DNA of 32,000 bases, from positions 390,001 through 422,000 of the forward strand of contig CP064995.1 in the NCBI GenBank assembly GCA_016700015.1, given 5' to 3'. The position numbers and the translations under genes are program-made. Below, piece by piece: positions 7,661 through 16,004 of this stretch. Within the stretch, counting starts at the first letter, position 1. Each line of letters begins with the position of its first letter. This DNA is from Candidatus Saccharimonadota bacterium (GTDB lineage: Bacteria > Patescibacteriota > Saccharimonadia > Saccharimonadales > Saccharimonadaceae). The notes under the pieces are model-generated. The model did not search any database, was not told the DNA's origin, and saw nothing but the letters and a program-made list of their open reading frames with translations.

Positions 7661-8100
7661 TGGCGGTCTCTAAAACTTACGTACATAAACCAGCTGATGT
7701 TACGCGGCGCTGGATTTTGATTGACGCCAAAGATGCGCCACTTGGCCGCGTTGCCACCCAAATCGCAAAGTACTTGATTGGTAAATACAAGCCAACCTAC
7801 ACACCACATGTTGATGCGGGTGACTATGTAGTAGTGATCAATGCTGCTGAGGTGCCTGTCACAGGCGCTAAAGAAACCGACAAGATCTACTACCGCCACT
7901 CAGGCTTTCCAGGCGGCATTAAAGATGCGCAACTTAAGGATGTTCGCGAACGATTCCCAGAACGAATTATCGAAAAAGCTGTACGTGGCATGTTGCCAAA
8001 GAACAAGCTTTCTCCGGAGCGCATGGCCCGCCTGAAGGTGTTTGCTGGTAGTGATCATGCTCACACTGCACAAAAACCAGAGAAAGTTGAGATAAAGTAA
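7660..8100 (+). CDS. rplM: 50S ribosomal protein uL13
   Basis: 146 aa. W.LIDA.D..LGR.A..IA..L.GK.KP.YTPH.D.GD.VVVINA and Y.RHSG.PGG motifs. ATG overlaps the rplQ stop. Confidence 0.96.
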   Translation: MAVSKTYVHKPADVTRRWILIDAKDAPLGRVATQIAKYLIGKYKPTYTPHVDAGDYVVVINAAEVPVTGAKETDKIYYRHSGFPGGIKDAQLKDVRERFPERIIEKAVRGMLPKNKLSPERMARLKVFAGSDHAHTAQKPEKVEIK

Positions 8101-8101
8101 T

Positions 8102-8503
8102 ATGGCGACAACCAAAAATTACGACTACGGCCTCGGACGGCGCAAGAGCGCCACAGCACGCGCACGTTTGGTAAAAGGCAAGGGCGCCGTCACGATTAAT
8201 GACAAGCCCGCCGCCGACTACCTAGGGCAAAACAAAACTCTTCTTGCTGAGATCACCGACCCGCTGGCAATAGTTGGCAAACAGCAAGAATTTGATGTGA
8301 CTGTACGTGTAAGCGGTGGTGGCCTGTCAGGTCAAGTCGACGCTATTAAAATGGCAATCGCCAAAGCTATCACGGTTGGTCATAGTGACCTCCGTAGCAC
8401 GCTCAAAAAGGCCGAGTTCCTGCGCCGCGATCCACGCGAAAAAGAACGCAAGAAGTACGGCCTACGCAGCGCCCGAAAGCGCGAGCAATACTCAAAGCGC
8501 TAA
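8102..8503 (+). CDS. rpsI: 30S ribosomal protein uS9
   Basis: 133 aa. GRRK.A.ARARL..G.G...IN and the C-terminal RRD.RE.ERKK.GL..ARK..QYSKR. Confidence 0.96.
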   Translation: MATTKNYDYGLGRRKSATARARLVKGKGAVTINDKPAADYLGQNKTLLAEITDPLAIVGKQQEFDVTVRVSGGGLSGQVDAIKMAIAKAITVGHSDLRSTLKKAEFLRRDPREKERKKYGLRSARKREQYSKR

Positions 8504-8525
8504 CACAAATCATACTGTGCCGCAC

Positions 8526-8562
8526 AATGAATCTCCGATCGACTCGCGAGATTCATTGTTTT
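8526..8562 (+). terminator. Rho-independent terminator ending the r-protein/rpoA transcription unit
   Basis: Perfect 10-bp stem AATGAATCTC / GAGATTCATT with a 12-nt loop, followed by GTTTTG. Confidence 0.75.
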
Positions 8563-8568
8563 GCGGAG

Positions 8569-8577
8569 TGTTATAAT
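8569..8577 (+). promoter_or_regulatory. Extended -10 promoter TGtTATAAT, 7 nt before ATG 8584 (predicted leaderless mRNA)
   Basis: Perfect TGnTATAAT. There is no SD between it and the ATG. Confidence 0.5.
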
Positions 8578-8583
8578 ACCACT

Positions 8584-9657
8584 ATGGCATTCCCACCAGT
8601 CCCCGACTACTCAAAAACCACCGCGAACAGAGCAGGTCGCGCCTTAGCAAGCGGAAAGCTTACCGGCAAAGACTATAGAGACGCTGCCGAGATAGTCAAT
8701 GCGTGGAGGATATGTCACGCATATCCGCTTAATACGTTCAACGCAACACTTCGCAAGAAGACGACGAAATATAGAGGTGCAATCGTAGCGCAACGACTCA
8801 AACGACTCCCTACAATCATTGATAAGCTTCAGCGGCAACCCAACATGGACTTAACTCGCATGCAGGACATCGGCGGCGTGCGAGCAATTGTTAATAATCT
8901 GAACGAGCTCGCAGAGTTACGACATGATTATGAAGAAAAGGGCCGCTTTTCTCATGAGCTATTTGACGTAGACGACTATATCGGGAGCCCAAAACAGGAT
9001 GGCTACCGAGGAGTCCACCTGATATACAAATACAATAACTCTCTGGCGCGCAATAGTAAGGGCAACCCATCACAGTACAAGGGGCTTTTTATTGAGGTAC
9101 AACTTCGGACTTTATTGCAGCATGAGTGGGCGACTGCGGTCGAGGCAGTGAGCGTAATGCTCGGCCAGCACCTCAAGACGCAACGCGGAAATCGCTCGTG
9201 GCTGGAGTTTTTTGAATATATGTCCTCTATCTTTGCGATTATTGAGAAGTCGCCAGTTCTTAATAAGCACAAAAACCTTACTACTCAACAGATTACAGAC
9301 CAAGCGGCACAAGCAATCAGCGACCTCCACGTGATTGATGCGCTGGGTGGGTGGAAGCGTGCAGCACAGTTGATCGACACACACCATGTTGACAAACACT
9401 ACAACCTCATTGTACTTAACACGAAGGATAAAACTGTCCGGGTGAGACCGTATACCCGCAATAACCTGGTGGCTGCGTCCAAAGAGTACTCGCGCCTTGA
9501 GGAAGAAGCGCTGATTAACCCCGACCTCGACATTGTGCTCGTGGCAGCGGGTGGTATAAAAGAGCTAAAAAAAGCGTATCCAAACTATTTTCTCGATATT
9601 GAAAACTTTATCGAAAAAGTCAAAGACGTTGTCAAAGTTTCAAGGCGTGAGGTATAA
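8584..9657 (+). CDS. RelA/SpoT-homologue: small-alarmone-synthetase / toxSAS-like nucleotide pyrophosphokinase with about 150-aa C-terminal extension
   Basis: Synthetase-fold motifs RLKRLPTIIDKLQR, MQDIGGVRAIV, GYRGVHLIYKY, IEVQLRTLLQHEWA. No HD hydrolase, TGS or ACT regions. The track start 8527 lies inside the terminator hairpin, so ATG 8584 (MAFPPVPDY) is preferred. Confidence 0.85.
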   Translation: MAFPPVPDYSKTTANRAGRALASGKLTGKDYRDAAEIVNAWRICHAYPLNTFNATLRKKTTKYRGAIVAQRLKRLPTIIDKLQRQPNMDLTRMQDIGGVRAIVNNLNELAELRHDYEEKGRFSHELFDVDDYIGSPKQDGYRGVHLIYKYNNSLARNSKGNPSQYKGLFIEVQLRTLLQHEWATAVEAVSVMLGQHLKTQRGNRSWLEFFEYMSSIFAIIEKSPVLNKHKNLTTQQITDQAAQAISDLHVIDALGGWKRAAQLIDTHHVDKHYNLIVLNTKDKTVRVRPYTRNNLVAASKEYSRLEEEALINPDLDIVLVAAGGIKELKKAYPNYFLDIENFIEKVKDVVKVSRREV

Positions 9658-9897
9658 TACCATCAATGACCAGCTCAGATTTTCTCAAGAAGTTAAAGAA
9701 AGCCTACACGCTTAACAAAAAAGCGAGTTAGTTGACCGAGACTCGGTGCCGAGTCGCCCCACGCGTAGATGATTGCATGCCAAGGTTAGTTGACATGTGT
9801 TTAGTGTGTGCAGACGATTATTCGATATGCGGTAATGCCTATGCTTGCATTTGTATGCCGGCCTATACGACAATGGTAGCAAACGAATAGGAGAGGT

Positions 9898-11280
9898 ATG
9901 TCAGAAACGGGCCATTTCAAGGACGCTGGGCTGGATCGCTTGGCTAGAGACGGGAATAATGTTGCTCAATTTGCGAGTTACGATGAAACTGGGAACCCCC
10001 GCTACAGTCGTGTTGTAGGGCTTTCCCCAAACTATCAATTTAGCTCACTGGAAGAGGCAGTTGACTACCTGCTCGCCAACACCACTGAGCACTCGCTCAA
10101 TGTTCGTAGCTTTGCTCCCAATGATGCCAAGAGCAAACCTTTTGATTACGAACTAAAAACTAGTGAAGCGGTACTTGCCAGTCTACGCGCACGCCAAGCC
10201 GAGGGGCTCCACACAATTATCAATGAAACTGTCAGTATTCATGACGGCGGGGTGTCGGGTGTCGTTCATGGCGATGTTGTTGAGTTTGCGCCCCACGACA
10301 CGCCACGCTGCGTCGAGAAGCCAGGAACCGTCGTGCTGAGCCGCAAAATGGGCCGAAGTGTCATTTACCTTGTCTATGGCATTGTGCCGAAGTTTCCCAG
10401 TAGCCCGGAAATCCGACAAGAATTTAGTATTCATCCCCTACGCCATGGATTTCGTAATGAGCATACAATCGTATGGGAAACTGAACATCTAGATGCCTAT
10501 CCGGAGCGTGCAGACACACAATGGCCTAATCGATTTAGTGATATGCTAGGCGATAAAACATTTGGATTGATAGTGGCGAATCAAATTGGCTTACGAGTAC
10601 CCCGCACGACAGTATTCAATCGCACCGTGGCACCATTTACGTTCGGCGATCCGACCGGCAGCCCCGAGCCCTGGATCCGCACAGCCCCCAACCACCAAAC
10701 TCCAGGTAAATACACGACTGAAAGGGGATGGCTTGACCCATTCATGCTAATGCAGCGCGAAGATCCGACTGGTAAAAATATTGCCTCGATTTTGCGCCAA
10801 GATGGTGTCGATGCCAAATTTAGCGGCGCTTGTGCTATGGGCTCAGATGGTGAGCTGATTATTGAAGGCAAGCAGGGTTTTGGTGATAGATTTATGGTTG
10901 GTGAAGATAAAATGAACGATATACCGCCAGAAGTGCAAATGGCAATCGAGGACACCTACTATCAAGCCCAGCGCTCGCTAGGCCCCGTGCGTTTTGAATG
11001 GGTGTACGACGGTAAGCGCACATGGGTCGTGCAACTTCACCGCGGCGTAAGTGTTTCAAGCGGAACTACTATTTACCCTGAGGTTAGTGGTAGTACAGTT
11101 CGCTATATCGGCTATGATACGAGTCGGGGGCTAGAGAGCCTACGCGAAATGATTGGTAGCTCCGAGCCCGGGACAGGCATAATGCTGATCGGTGACGTCG
11201 GTATTACCAGCCACTTCGGCGACGTGCTACGAAAGGCACGCATACCGTCGAAATTATTACGTAAGGTAACTGATGCCTAA
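9898..11280 (+). CDS. PEP-synthase/PPDK-like phosphotransferase: unknown N-domain + ATP-grasp (PPDK_N-like) + C-terminal phosphohistidine swivel motif
   Basis: 460 aa with an AGGAGAGG RBS. LGDKTFGLIVANQIGLRVPRTTVF, GKQGFGDRFMVGE and VRFEWVYDGKRTWVVQLHRG resemble the PEP/pyruvate-binding ATP-grasp domain. GDVGITSHFGDVLRKARIPS resembles the GG.TSH.AI.AR..GIP swivel-His motif (His codon 11212-11214). Confidence 0.6.
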   Translation: MSETGHFKDAGLDRLARDGNNVAQFASYDETGNPRYSRVVGLSPNYQFSSLEEAVDYLLANTTEHSLNVRSFAPNDAKSKPFDYELKTSEAVLASLRARQAEGLHTIINETVSIHDGGVSGVVHGDVVEFAPHDTPRCVEKPGTVVLSRKMGRSVIYLVYGIVPKFPSSPEIRQEFSIHPLRHGFRNEHTIVWETEHLDAYPERADTQWPNRFSDMLGDKTFGLIVANQIGLRVPRTTVFNRTVAPFTFGDPTGSPEPWIRTAPNHQTPGKYTTERGWLDPFMLMQREDPTGKNIASILRQDGVDAKFSGACAMGSDGELIIEGKQGFGDRFMVGEDKMNDIPPEVQMAIEDTYYQAQRSLGPVRFEWVYDGKRTWVVQLHRGVSVSSGTTIYPEVSGSTVRYIGYDTSRGLESLREMIGSSEPGTGIMLIGDVGITSHFGDVLRKARIPSKLLRKVTDA

Positions 11281-12055
11281 CCACATTGATACTGTACTGC
11301 GCTCAACACTGGCAGAATGCACCGTTTCATGGTCAGAAGCCAAAACCAGCCCGCTTGACGCCTACGTGGACTTTCAGTGTCGACTTGGAAGCCTGGCGAC
11401 GCGGTATGAAGACTATATTAGTACCGCGATTACAAGTGGTGGGTACCGACGTGATTCTACGCTCAAGTATCGTGAAGTTGTTGCAAAAAACACCGACTAC
11501 GCGCTGATGATTGCCGATGAGTTCCATCGTAGAGGGCTTACTGATGCTGAGCTTACGCTTGATGCTGTTGCTCTAGGCAAAGTCGCCGGCTGGAAACAAA
11601 GCGATTTTTTGACATTCTTTTTAACCGCAATGGCGCGTCCCGTCGTACCTGGCCTTAGCTCACCAGAGTATCGCCACTTACTCGACATATATAATCACCC
11701 GCAGACCTACGACAAAGCAACCTTTGACGATGAGTCACTTAGGAATGATGTACGCCTACCACACTACCAGGCATTCGCTACAGAATATTGGCAGCGCACA
11801 AAAGTACTCGATGTTGCACCAATCGATAGATCAATCCGCGTAGCTGACTGGAACCAGTCGCTAGGCAGTCAAGCAGAAGAGCATTTTGCGCGACTTATCG
11901 GCATTCGCGTCGCCACGCCACAAATTATTACGTCGAGCTGTGATTTTAGCTTGCTAGACTTACCTCATGATCTTTCTACGAGTGTAAAAGAGTTACGGGA
12001 ACTCGGCGCCCATATCATTGCTCCGCCCGAAGCTTCAAAACTGGTATTAACATAA
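11273..12055 (+). CDS. Hypothetical 260-aa protein, translationally coupled to the phosphotransferase
   Basis: ATG 11273 overlaps the upstream stop by 8 nt (ATGCCTAA). Long ORF with no family recognised. Confidence 0.6.
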   Translation: MPNHIDTVLRSTLAECTVSWSEAKTSPLDAYVDFQCRLGSLATRYEDYISTAITSGGYRRDSTLKYREVVAKNTDYALMIADEFHRRGLTDAELTLDAVALGKVAGWKQSDFLTFFLTAMARPVVPGLSSPEYRHLLDIYNHPQTYDKATFDDESLRNDVRLPHYQAFATEYWQRTKVLDVAPIDRSIRVADWNQSLGSQAEEHFARLIGIRVATPQIITSSCDFSLLDLPHDLSTSVKELRELGAHIIAPPEASKLVLT

Positions 12056-12093
12056 ATTTTCATTACTATAATTTATCCAGGGTGCCCATAAGG

Positions 12094-12102
12094 TGCTACA
12101 CT
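12094..12102 (+). promoter_or_regulatory. Extended -10-like box TGcTACACT, 7 nt before ATG 12109
   Basis: Same geometry as at 8569 and 25147; the hexamer is weaker. A TATAAT box is also present at 12067-12072. Confidence 0.3.
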
Positions 12103-12108
12103 ATCTTT

Positions 12109-12813
12109 ATGAAAATACTCATATTGGCCGCTACACATGGCAATGAACTCTTAGGACCCAAGCTTATTGAATACATGTTACGTAAACACCCGAGTCTCTT
12201 TGAGTATATTGAGTTTATCGTTGCAAACCCTCGCGCGCTTGCAAAACGTATTAGGTATACCGAATCAGACTTGAACCGTAGTTATGGGCTAGGAACTGAT
12301 ACTTATGAGCAGCGACGTGCAAATGACATCGAGGCGCATATCAAAGCCACGCAACCAGATATTGTTCTTGATATGCACACAACCGCCTGCGTACAGCCGC
12401 CGATTATGATCGTAGGTAACATAACCAATGCTACTGTTCGAGCATACTTAAGAAACTGTCACATCTCTACCGTATTACAAGTAAAGCCGCTACACGATAT
12501 CGCGACTATTACACCAAGCATTGTTGCGTACGAGATTATGAACCGTGATGTAACGACCAATGTTTTAGAGCAAATTTGCGAAGATTTAAATAAATTTTTG
12601 AATAACAAAGTCGAAAAAAAAGTCATTAATCTTTACCGTATGTCCGATAAAATTTATAAACGAGACATTACTGCAGCGCAGGCAAAAACATTTAAAAATT
12701 TCGAGATGAATGAATTGGGATTTATCCCAATTATGACAGGGAATAATTCATACAAAAAACAAACCGATTACCTAGGATTTAAATCAGCCGAACCGATCGA
12801 TCTGGTTCTCTAA
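12109..12813 (+). CDS. Succinylglutamate desuccinylase/aspartoacylase (AstE/AspA) family zinc deacylase
   Basis: MKILILAATHGNE, NPRA...R....DLNR, YE.RRA and DMHTT match the family metal- and substrate-binding motifs. ATG 12109 is preferred over GTG 12082. Confidence 0.75.
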   Translation: MKILILAATHGNELLGPKLIEYMLRKHPSLFEYIEFIVANPRALAKRIRYTESDLNRSYGLGTDTYEQRRANDIEAHIKATQPDIVLDMHTTACVQPPIMIVGNITNATVRAYLRNCHISTVLQVKPLHDIATITPSIVAYEIMNRDVTTNVLEQICEDLNKFLNNKVEKKVINLYRMSDKIYKRDITAAQAKTFKNFEMNELGFIPIMTGNNSYKKQTDYLGFKSAEPIDLVL

Positions 12814-13757
12814 CATCTAATTTCTGGATAAAGATCTGCGGTATTTTTTAGGGCAGAAAGAAGCGCCCATTCAAATCGCTCACGGTGGATCGACGTAACC
12901 ACAGTAATATTTGGGTGACGCTCGCTATATTTTCGTCGATCTGCTACTGACATCCCAAATGTATGCTCACCCTTTGTCTCGATAACTATGTCCATCTTCA
13001 CCGTCTTAAATGCTTTTTGATCCAAAAAATAAAAAGCGGCCAATGCATCATAAACAAGTGCGGCTTTCACTTTCTCATGCTTTGAAATGCCAGCGATAAA
13101 ATGTCGCATCATTTTATGTAGGTTAGCATATAGTGCTTTGCCCTTGAGTGAATCAAAAAGATCAAGCTGGATTTTAATTACGTTACATGGATCAAGAGGA
13201 ACTAATACCTTTGGACAATCGCTTCGTATTACAATATCTGCCGCCTCCGGGTCAACAAAAAAATTAAATTCAGCCACTCGATTTTTATTGCCAGGTGATT
13301 CAATCGCGCCACCCATAATAACTAGCTCTTTTATATTATTTTCAATACCTGGGTTTGATTTTAGTAGTTGAGCAACATTTGTTAATGGGCCGATAGTTAA
13401 GATACTAACCTCACCTGGATAGAGATTTAGATAGTGCTTCATTATAGACACTGCATCCTTGGACAGTGTATAGATAGTATTACTAACGTCTAAACCATCA
13501 ATCCCGCTATCGCCATGAACTTCAGCGGTGACTAACTTACGCCTAAGCGGCTTATCGGCACCCGAATGAATCGATATTTTTGAACCAACGAGGTCAAGTA
13601 CTGCCTGCGCATTACGTGTTACCTTTTCGATCGTAGCGTTACCAGCAACTGTTGTGATAGTTAATATATCAAATTGATTTGAACAGATCAGCAAGAGCAT
13701 GGCAAGGGCATCGTCGTGGCCGGCATCAGTATCAATAATAATTTTTTGCTTTCCCAT
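12810..13757 (-). CDS. Inosine/uridine-preferring nucleoside hydrolase family protein
   Basis: 315 aa. N-terminal IIIDTDAGHDDALAMLLL (DTD.G.DD..A signature). AAGGAG RBS; 1-nt gap to the upstream gene. Confidence 0.85.
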   Translation of the reverse strand: MGKQKIIIDTDAGHDDALAMLLLICSNQFDILTITTVAGNATIEKVTRNAQAVLDLVGSKISIHSGADKPLRRKLVTAEVHGDSGIDGLDVSNTIYTLSKDAVSIMKHYLNLYPGEVSILTIGPLTNVAQLLKSNPGIENNIKELVIMGGAIESPGNKNRVAEFNFFVDPEAADIVIRSDCPKVLVPLDPCNVIKIQLDLFDSLKGKALYANLHKMMRHFIAGISKHEKVKAALVYDALAAFYFLDQKAFKTVKMDIVIETKGEHTFGMSVADRRKYSERHPNITVVTSIHRERFEWALLSALKNTADLYPEIRC

Positions 13758-13758
13758 G

Positions 13759-14484
13759 CTACTCCTTTTCCTTCAGTATATCAGCAAATAATTCTTCTAC
13801 TGTATCGGCATAAAAATATTCTTTTTGCGATCTACCGTGCGCACCAATCAAGCACCCAAGTGCGCCTCTTTGCACCGCAGGCTCAATATCTACAGAGGGT
13901 TTATCACCAATAACAAGGGTTTTGTTAAGTGGTATCTTCATTTTTTTTGTAATAATTTCGAATATTCTTCCATCTCGCGTGGCCTTCGGCGGGTGGGCAT
14001 CGCTTTCATATCCAATCAACATGGCAAAATCATCTATTTTATAGTTTGACGCAAGTAATATTCGTCCACTTAACGATGTTGGGCTGCTTGTGAGCGCTAC
14101 AGTCTTAATATGTTTTTTCGCTAGCGCTCTTATAAGGTCTGAAACATGATGTTGATCGCTAAAATATCCTTTAGGATCCAGCTGCGTCATATGCTGATGA
14201 AGAATTGTGAAATTTGGAATCAACGGTTTCTGGCGGGGTAGGTATATGCTGATGTCGCCGGTAAATAGTGCTTGCTCAGCCCCAACCCCATGCTGACGGA
14301 ACTGATTTGCAACCTTTTCAGCTTTCGGTATTGAAATGTGAAAGTACTCTGCAATTGCTCGTTCGACTGCAAGCCCATATTGTTTATAGAAGTCTTTTCC
14401 AGTTGCACGAACAAGTGTGTCATCAACATCGCATATGATGAGCTCTACGTCTTTAAAAGCATTGGAATGATATTGGTGCCCCAC
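13759..14484 (-). CDS. HAD-superfamily phosphatase (5'-nucleotidase-like)
   Basis: 241 aa. Motif I LIICDVDDTLV (D.D.T), motif II TALTSS, motif IV VIGDKPSVDI. GTG start, 2-nt gap to the upstream gene. Confidence 0.8.
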   Translation of the reverse strand: MGHQYHSNAFKDVELIICDVDDTLVRATGKDFYKQYGLAVERAIAEYFHISIPKAEKVANQFRQHGVGAEQALFTGDISIYLPRQKPLIPNFTILHQHMTQLDPKGYFSDQHHVSDLIRALAKKHIKTVALTSSPTSLSGRILLASNYKIDDFAMLIGYESDAHPPKATRDGRIFEIITKKMKIPLNKTLVIGDKPSVDIEPAVQRGALGCLIGAHGRSQKEYFYADTVEELFADILKEKE

Positions 14485-14486
14485 GC

Positions 14487-16004
14487 TTATCCGCCCGCAA
14501 CATTGTTTGTTGCCGTCACATACTCTTTCATCTTTGCAGTGGCCGCTCCTGTATGGATAATCTCTAGGGCCTCACGTGTAGCCGCTCGTAGATAATCAGC
14601 ATTCACACGCCGCGTATCTGCATGTAGGGCATCGACACGATCTAGATATTTTCTTGTAAATATACCAAGACCGGCGGTCATAGCTAAATACATTGCTTTC
14701 GCCTCATCCCTGCCAGCAAGTGCATCTCGATTCGCGGCAAGGATAGCATCGACTTCATTTGGAACCATAAGACCATGCATTGTCATCACCGACAGTTGCC
14801 CTTCGGTAAAAAAGTCTGTCGGCCTTATCTCAAAAGTTCCTGCAAGTTCGCCGCCTCGCATAAACGCTGCCACTGTCGCATAGGGTGGTGGAGCAACCTC
14901 ATCGATCGCCACACTTTCACGTGCTTCAGGAGAATGGTAGTACGATTTTGGATCAAACATGTCAGGGTGAGCAACCTCTCGATCCGTTCCAAAGAATGCC
15001 ACACTATTATCGTACGTTTGAAATTTGCGTTTTGAGAGTATCTCAAGCGCCGAGATCACAGTGGCGGGATGGATTTTCTCGTTTACGCCGATGAAGCCAT
15101 TAGCAACTGTCTCAGGCGTTAGTGTATATGCGAGAGGACCAATGATATGGTTGATGGTTTCACCTTTAAGTCGATGTGAAAGTGTATGAAGCGTTCTCGT
15201 GTTGTGGCAACTCGACATCATTAGTCCCACTTCATCCAGAAGTTTTTGAAATGCTTCGGGATTATGAAAATCCGAGCGTGCACCAAGCGCCTCGACAGCA
15301 GACTGACCTGCTACTTTTGAGGTGTTTGGGTATGAGTGATGTTTGTGCGTTGCTCCATCGACTGCCAAGATTGCAGAAGACAATGTTGATAAACTAAAAA
15401 GTTTGGAGGTTTTACCAGTACGGCCATATCCTTTATCGCCACCCATACCGCCGAGAGCAATAACAGGTCGTTGGCTCTCTGTTCGTACAACCGTGTCTAA
15501 ATCAACTGTTGCGGCAACAACTCCAGCTATTTCTTCGGGAAGAAGACCGACGTACCCTTCTTTGGAAGACATGCCACTTAAAAGACTCGTTGCTTGCATG
15601 AGCTGCGTCTCACGTACATCTGACCGCCGAGTGGTACTAGAGGGAATCCAAAGCGGATATGCCGGTACTGGCGCATATTCTAATATTGATGAACGCACTG
15701 CTCTATTGAGCGACATGACGACAAAGGCAATGAGGCTATATGCTTCTTCGAAAGTAAGCTCGCCGCCATGCTTTAATTTTGCATCAATCCCATAGAATCC
15801 TGCCTCATAAAGCGGCGCAAGTTCATAGCTTTTTACTGCTTTTACTCGCTTGTCGAGACGTGAAAAGTAATCAGCACTTTGTGCAAGCTTATTAAGTGAG
15901 CTTGAGCAATCGATTTCCTCTTTATACCCCAGACCGTCAGTAATTTCTTGCTGGTAAGGGTAACCACTTAGATGAATCGTCGGGATGTTTCTATTTGCTT
16001 TCAT
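14487..16004 (-). CDS. TrpD-family (glycosyl transferase family 3) phosphoribosyltransferase-like protein with about 180-aa N-terminal extension
   Basis: LGGMGGDKG...FSLSTLSSAILAVDGATHKHHSYPNTSKVAGQSAVEALG parallels TrpD GTGGDG..FNISTA.A...A..G..VAKHGNR..SS.SGSADVLEALG. HRLKGETINHIIGPLAYTL parallels R.ELG.RT.FN.LGPL.NP. ATG 16004 (AAAGGAAA RBS) is preferred; ATG 16022 is the alternative. Confidence 0.7.
   Translation of the reverse strand: MKANRNIPTIHLSGYPYQQEITDGLGYKEEIDCSSSLNKLAQSADYFSRLDKRVKAVKSYELAPLYEAGFYGIDAKLKHGGELTFEEAYSLIAFVVMSLNRAVRSSILEYAPVPAYPLWIPSSTTRRSDVRETQLMQATSLLSGMSSKEGYVGLLPEEIAGVVAATVDLDTVVRTESQRPVIALGGMGGDKGYGRTGKTSKLFSLSTLSSAILAVDGATHKHHSYPNTSKVAGQSAVEALGARSDFHNPEAFQKLLDEVGLMMSSCHNTRTLHTLSHRLKGETINHIIGPLAYTLTPETVANGFIGVNEKIHPATVISALEILSKRKFQTYDNSVAFFGTDREVAHPDMFDPKSYYHSPEARESVAIDEVAPPPYATVAAFMRGGELAGTFEIRPTDFFTEGQLSVMTMHGLMVPNEVDAILAANRDALAGRDEAKAMYLAMTAGLGIFTRKYLDRVDALHADTRRVNADYLRAATREALEIIHTGAATAKMKEYVTATNNVAGG

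Noticed and set aside
9666-9731. 21-codon ORF directly after the RSH gene as a possible antitoxin
   Set aside because: It is too short and has no RBS. Known toxSAS antitoxins are larger. It is kept only as a note inside the spacer finding.
15343-15795. 150-aa + strand ORF (also 14338-14595, 16609-16842 and 17324-17689) inside the - strand cluster
   Set aside because: These lie antisense to genes with clear family motifs and have no independent signals.
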